Shown in pieces: positions 55,601 to 60,000 of a stretch of DNA of 60,000 nt. Source of the DNA: Lama guanicoe (taxonomy: Eukaryota); NCBI GenBank assembly GCA_013239625.1, contig MU053431.1, positions 2,694,485 through 2,754,484 of the forward strand. The letters are read 5' to 3'. The translations under genes and the position numbers were made by a program. A model generated the notes under the pieces. That model had not been told where the DNA came from, searched no databases, and saw nothing but the letters and a program-made list of their open reading frames with translations. How positions within the stretch are numbered: the stretch's first letter is position 1; the number at the start of each line of letters is the position of its first letter.

Positions 55601-58600
55601 ATCAGCTAGACTACCTAGTTCTGATACACCTGAAAAATACTCACCTGTATGGTCCTCTGCTCTACCAGCTGAGCTGTCAAAGGGTGTGCACCTCAAAATA
55701 GCACTGAGTGATAAAAGCAAGTGCACAGGGTTTTGTTCCACGTGATCACATCAACATAATCTTCAGAGAACATTACGCGCTCTTCTTGGATGTATACATA
55801 GGTGGTAAAACGATGAAAACACGCAGAGATGGCACAGACCAGTTTCAGAGATGCTCCCTCCGGGGAGCACGGCAAAGATCTGAGTGTTTATTGTCGTCGT
55901 CTCTGGGTTTGAACACTTTCTTGCTTAAAAATTTAAAAACAAAGATTATGGGGCATGGGATGAGGAGGCAGGCTGAAGGACGTTCATCCCCAGGTGGCGG
56001 AGGGAGTGATCTGGCAGTGGAGGACTGGACATAGGGGGTATGTTGAGGATTCCGGGCAGAATTTTGAAGGAGGAAGACCTGAAAAGAAGGAGAGTCCCTG
56101 AGCACAGGGCAGCTGGGGGGCCTGGGGGTGCTGGGGGCACCCGGGGGGGGGAGCCGAGGCGGGCAGGTGCTCAGGTTCTAGCCTTGAGGTGGTGCGGAGC
56201 AGGCAACATGGGGTCACAATGATACTTCTGAGAACCTCGAGCCCAGGTGGGGACCTGTGCCAGCGCCACACCCAGAGTCCGGGGTGGGGCGCAGTTCCTC
56301 CCCATCCAGGCTTCAGGGTCCATGCAGGTCAGGATGGGGGGCGGTATGGAGATACGGGATGGAGGTGGCTGTGGAGCTAAGGAGTGAGCCCCTTCAAGGC
56401 TGAGAGCATGTGTAATTCCACCTCCAATGGATGACGATCACGGGCTGACTTGGCCATGGAGAGCAGAAGCGTACAGTGTAATGCTAACTTTTTATTCACG
56501 GCGCAGCTGCTAACCGCACCACAAACAAGTTTCACCAGCCACTGCTGCTTGCTCACTTGCAAGTCAGCTCGTTACCCTCCTGGTGGGTCCCCCTCCTCTC
56601 CAGATCCCCCTGAGCCCACCCTGTCCTGCCATCCCTGCTCGGAGATTCTTTTGTGCTCATGACCCTCAGGATGGCACCCCCGCTGGGGCTCCTGAACCTC
56701 ACGGTGCATGTGCAGGGCTGGCCTCTCCTCTCCCCTCCCTTGTAACAGTCCCCCAGCTTGGCCCCCCACCATCTCTTTACAACACCAGTAGTGACACAGA
56801 CCTGGAACTTGGCTCCCCACGATCCGAGTCTTCCTTGGACTTGGTCCTGCCCCTCTTCCCAGGAGGCACCTCCTAGGGGCCCGAGGGCCAATCATATCTT
56901 CATTCCTTCCTTCCTTGGGCCCTGACCACCTCCCTGCTTAGGCCTGCCTCCCGGGGCCCTCTGCAGGCTGGCCCCAGGGTGAGCCCAGGTGGGGCTGAAG
57001 CAAAGTGAAGTCTGAGCTGGTCGGTCAGCACGCAGACACAGTGACTCCTGCCCCCAGACAGCAGCGGGCCCTGGTTTCTGAGCACTGACAGTGACCTTCT
57101 GGGTGGGATTTCTAGAGTCCTCTTCAGGCACCCTCAGGACGCAGACCCTGGCTGGGCACTTCCTGTGGGCAGAGCCTCCAGCACCTTCCCCTGAGGCTTC
57201 CCCTCCACGCTGGGGTCCAGTCCAGGCTTGGCGGCACATACTTGTATTGGAGCCTCCAGTGGGGGAAGGGAGATTATTCCCATCCCACCAACCCATTCAG
57301 TTTTTAGATCAAACGTTACTAGAGCCACGTGGGTGGGTTGGGAGTGGCCAGACTGAAGCAGGCTGGTGGGAACGGACACTGGGGTCCGTCCCCGACAAGG
57401 GCTCACTTTGGGGAAAAGGGTCCAGGTTCAACACAGGGCCTGGAGGTCGGTGGTGGCACACGGTGGAGTCATGAGGGGAGTCCCCAGGCTTGGGCTCTGG
57501 GCCATGCTTAAGCTGATCAGAGTCGTGACCCCTGGCCCTCCAGCGGCCTGGGGACAGGGATGCTGGGTGGCAGGAGGCCTCCCCCTACCCAGTTCACAGG
57601 GCCAGGCCCCCCAGAGACACCTGGTGTCTATGACTGGGGCTCACCACCTTGCATACGGGGTTGGACTTCTCCACCCCGGCCAGGCAGGACCCGTCCCTGG
57701 ACTGGGCAGGACAGCAGAGGTTTTGGGCCGCTGAGTGTTGGAGGAGAGGCTTACACACTAATGAGGGAAACAGAAACCATGCTCCTGTTTGTACTCTGAG
57801 CTGGTGAGGGATCATAGTACCCACTCCCCCTCCCACATTTCCTGGACCCTTCTCATGGAGTCCAGGGGATGGTCTGGCCCAACCTGTTTTTTGAGTCTTC
57901 TGGTTGGGCAGGGGAACAGATCTGTCACAACCACACCAAAGTGCTGTGGTGGACAGAGGGCTGTGGGGCCTGGGGTTCCAGGAGCCCTGGCTCTCAGCCC
58001 TGGGCCGGGGGCTGGTGGTCACTGATGGGTGGCAGTGGACCAGAGGTCAGGCTGCGTGCGGCCCAGGGCCTGGTGAGGTGCCTCAGCCCGCTTGTGGATT
58101 CTGCCCATGTAAGTAAGGGAGACTGTGGGCCCTGCCAGGGCCGGGCACTCCCTGGGTTTGAGCCTGGGCCCTTCTTCCTGTGTCCACCAGCCCCAGCTCC
58201 AAATCTGGCAGGGCTCGGGCTAGGCCCAGGGTCATGAGACAAAGAGCAGCTCTGGCGGAGGCCCTGGGCAGCTGAGGGGCTTCAGCTCGGCCTGGGGGAT
58301 GGGCCACTGACTCCTTGCAGAGCACCCTCCCCCCTCTTTCACCCCTAGACTCTGTTTTCAATCAGTTCAATTAGCACAACTTTGAAGCAATTAGGGAGAC
58401 CCTGCTGCAGGCAGTGCTGAGTGCACTCGGCCCCCTGTCCTGCAGCCTGCCAGCTGCTGCACCAGCCTTGCGGGTCCTGCTTCCCCTGACCCAGCTCAGG
58501 CCGCACCTTCTTTTGAGGCTCTGCAGAGGGAAGGGGGCAGCCTAGGGGAGAGACCCAGAGTGGGAGGGACGAGGAATAGAAAATCCGTCTCCCTTGGGCC

Positions 58601-60000
58601 CTGGGCCTAGACTCACAGAGGAGACAGAGTAAGGATGCTGGTTAGAAGCTCAGCCGCTGAGCCAGGGTGGTGGGTGCAAATTCAGGGCCCACTCCTGAGA
58701 GCTGCCTCTTCCTCCCCCTCCCCCCTGCAGAGGGAGGAGGAGGACTGGGTAAGTTTGTGACATTCCTGATCATCAACGCTGCTCCCTTCTGTGGTCTCTG
58801 GCTGGAGGGAAGGAGTCTACAGCAGTTTTCTGGGGAGGGGGAAATGTGCCACTCTCTGCCCCTACACCATGGCCTCCAGGGACCCCCAGCTTGGCACCTC
58901 TTGGCAGGGCAGCCTTTGTTTAGGGCTCTGGCCTCTTCACTCTGCACACCCGGGCAAGGGGGCCCAGGCCTGTACCCTGCACTTCGCAGAGGCCTTCTGG
59001 GCCAGTTCCAGAGCCGCCGGGAGGAGGTGACCTCTCTGTGCTGCAGACGCCCTTGCTGGAGCCTGGGCTTTCTCCTCCATGCGCGTGGATGCGGCAGGGC
59101 AGGTGCAGGGGCTGACTCTGCAGACAGAGCCCTTTGTGTCAGGACCCACGTGCCACCCCCTCCCCAGGCCTTCCGGCCTGCCCCTCCTCATTCCCCCAGC
59201 CTCTCAAAGAAGGCCTGTTCCAGGAGCCTCCTCTGGGAGACTTCCCTCCCCCAGGGTGGCCTCCCTCAGATGTGTGGGGCCTGCATCTGCCCTGTGCTTC
59301 CTTCACCATCCACACTGGCCAGGGCCTGGGTAGGCCCTGAGCTGGGCACTGGGGGGACAGCCCCATTATGCCCCACCCTCCCCTGAGGACTCAGGTGCTG
59401 GACAAATGATGACCTGATTACTTGTGCTGCTCTGTCTGTGAGGAGAGTGGCCCGGAGGAGGGGGCCAGGGCCTAGAGACTCCCAGGACACCCTGACCTAA
59501 TCTGGAAACTCCAGAGAGAGGGTTTAGCAGGAGGACCAAGGGAAGGAGCTGGGTGGGGCAAAGCCTGGGAGATGGGAGGGAGCAAACCCTCCTGAGTGTG
59601 GCTGAGCTCAAGGGAGGGGTGGGGCTGAGGCCTGAGGGGGTCTGGAGGGCAGAGGGCAGGAGGAGGCCTGTGCTTTATCCTGCAGTGAAGGTGGATGCAG
59701 GGAGGTTCTGGGCCTGGGCCAGGAGGGGGGTGGGCCCCTCCTGTTCTCCCCCTGAAGAAGGGGCTTGCCTGACTCAGCGGGGACCGCCTCCCTGCTCTTT
59801 TGTGTCCCATGGCCTAGCAGGGCGAGCCAGGCCGGCCGTGGACAGCTGAAATGGGCTGGGGTGGGCGGGGGACGTGTTTGCTCTCAGTGGCAGGAGACGA
59901 AAGGAATCAGCACCCCCACCGTTGTTACACTGATACTGTGTCCAGCCGCCCGGTCCACACCCACGCCTGCCGGCAGTGTTCCCTGGGGGCCCCATCACGT

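Noticed and set aside
41300..60000. Many 100-360 aa ORFs (e.g. 52736-53830, 46832-47653, 47930-48724) as novel genes or MYT1 exons
   Set aside because: No recognisable domains, no C2HC zinc-finger motifs and no coherent exon chain; consistent with intergenic GC-rich DNA.

Overview
GC-rich mammalian genomic DNA, syntenic with human 20q13.33. It contains five intact protein-coding genes that I rebuilt exon by exon from splice signals and reading phase: TCEA2 (+, 10 coding exons, 301 aa, with a U12-type AT-AC intron), RGS19 (-, 5 coding exons, 217 aa), LKAAEAR1 (-, 3 exons, 202 aa), OPRL1 (+, 3 coding exons, 370 aa) and NPBWR2 (-, single coding exon, 335 aa). About 19 kb of non-coding DNA follows; by synteny MYT1 should lie beyond the window end. 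The NPBWR2 protein resembles the bovine orthologue as I recall it, and the young L1 3' ends resemble camelid-type L1, so the source is probably an artiodactyl, possibly a camelid (inference). I found no evidence of a wholly new gene system; most other ORF-track entries are GC-rich or low-complexity noise. The most notable structures are the AT-AC intron, a head-to-head pair of TSD-flanked L1 3' ends forming a 121-bp inverted repeat, a body-less poly(A) insertion with TSD, and several possible alternative isoform or promoter signals.
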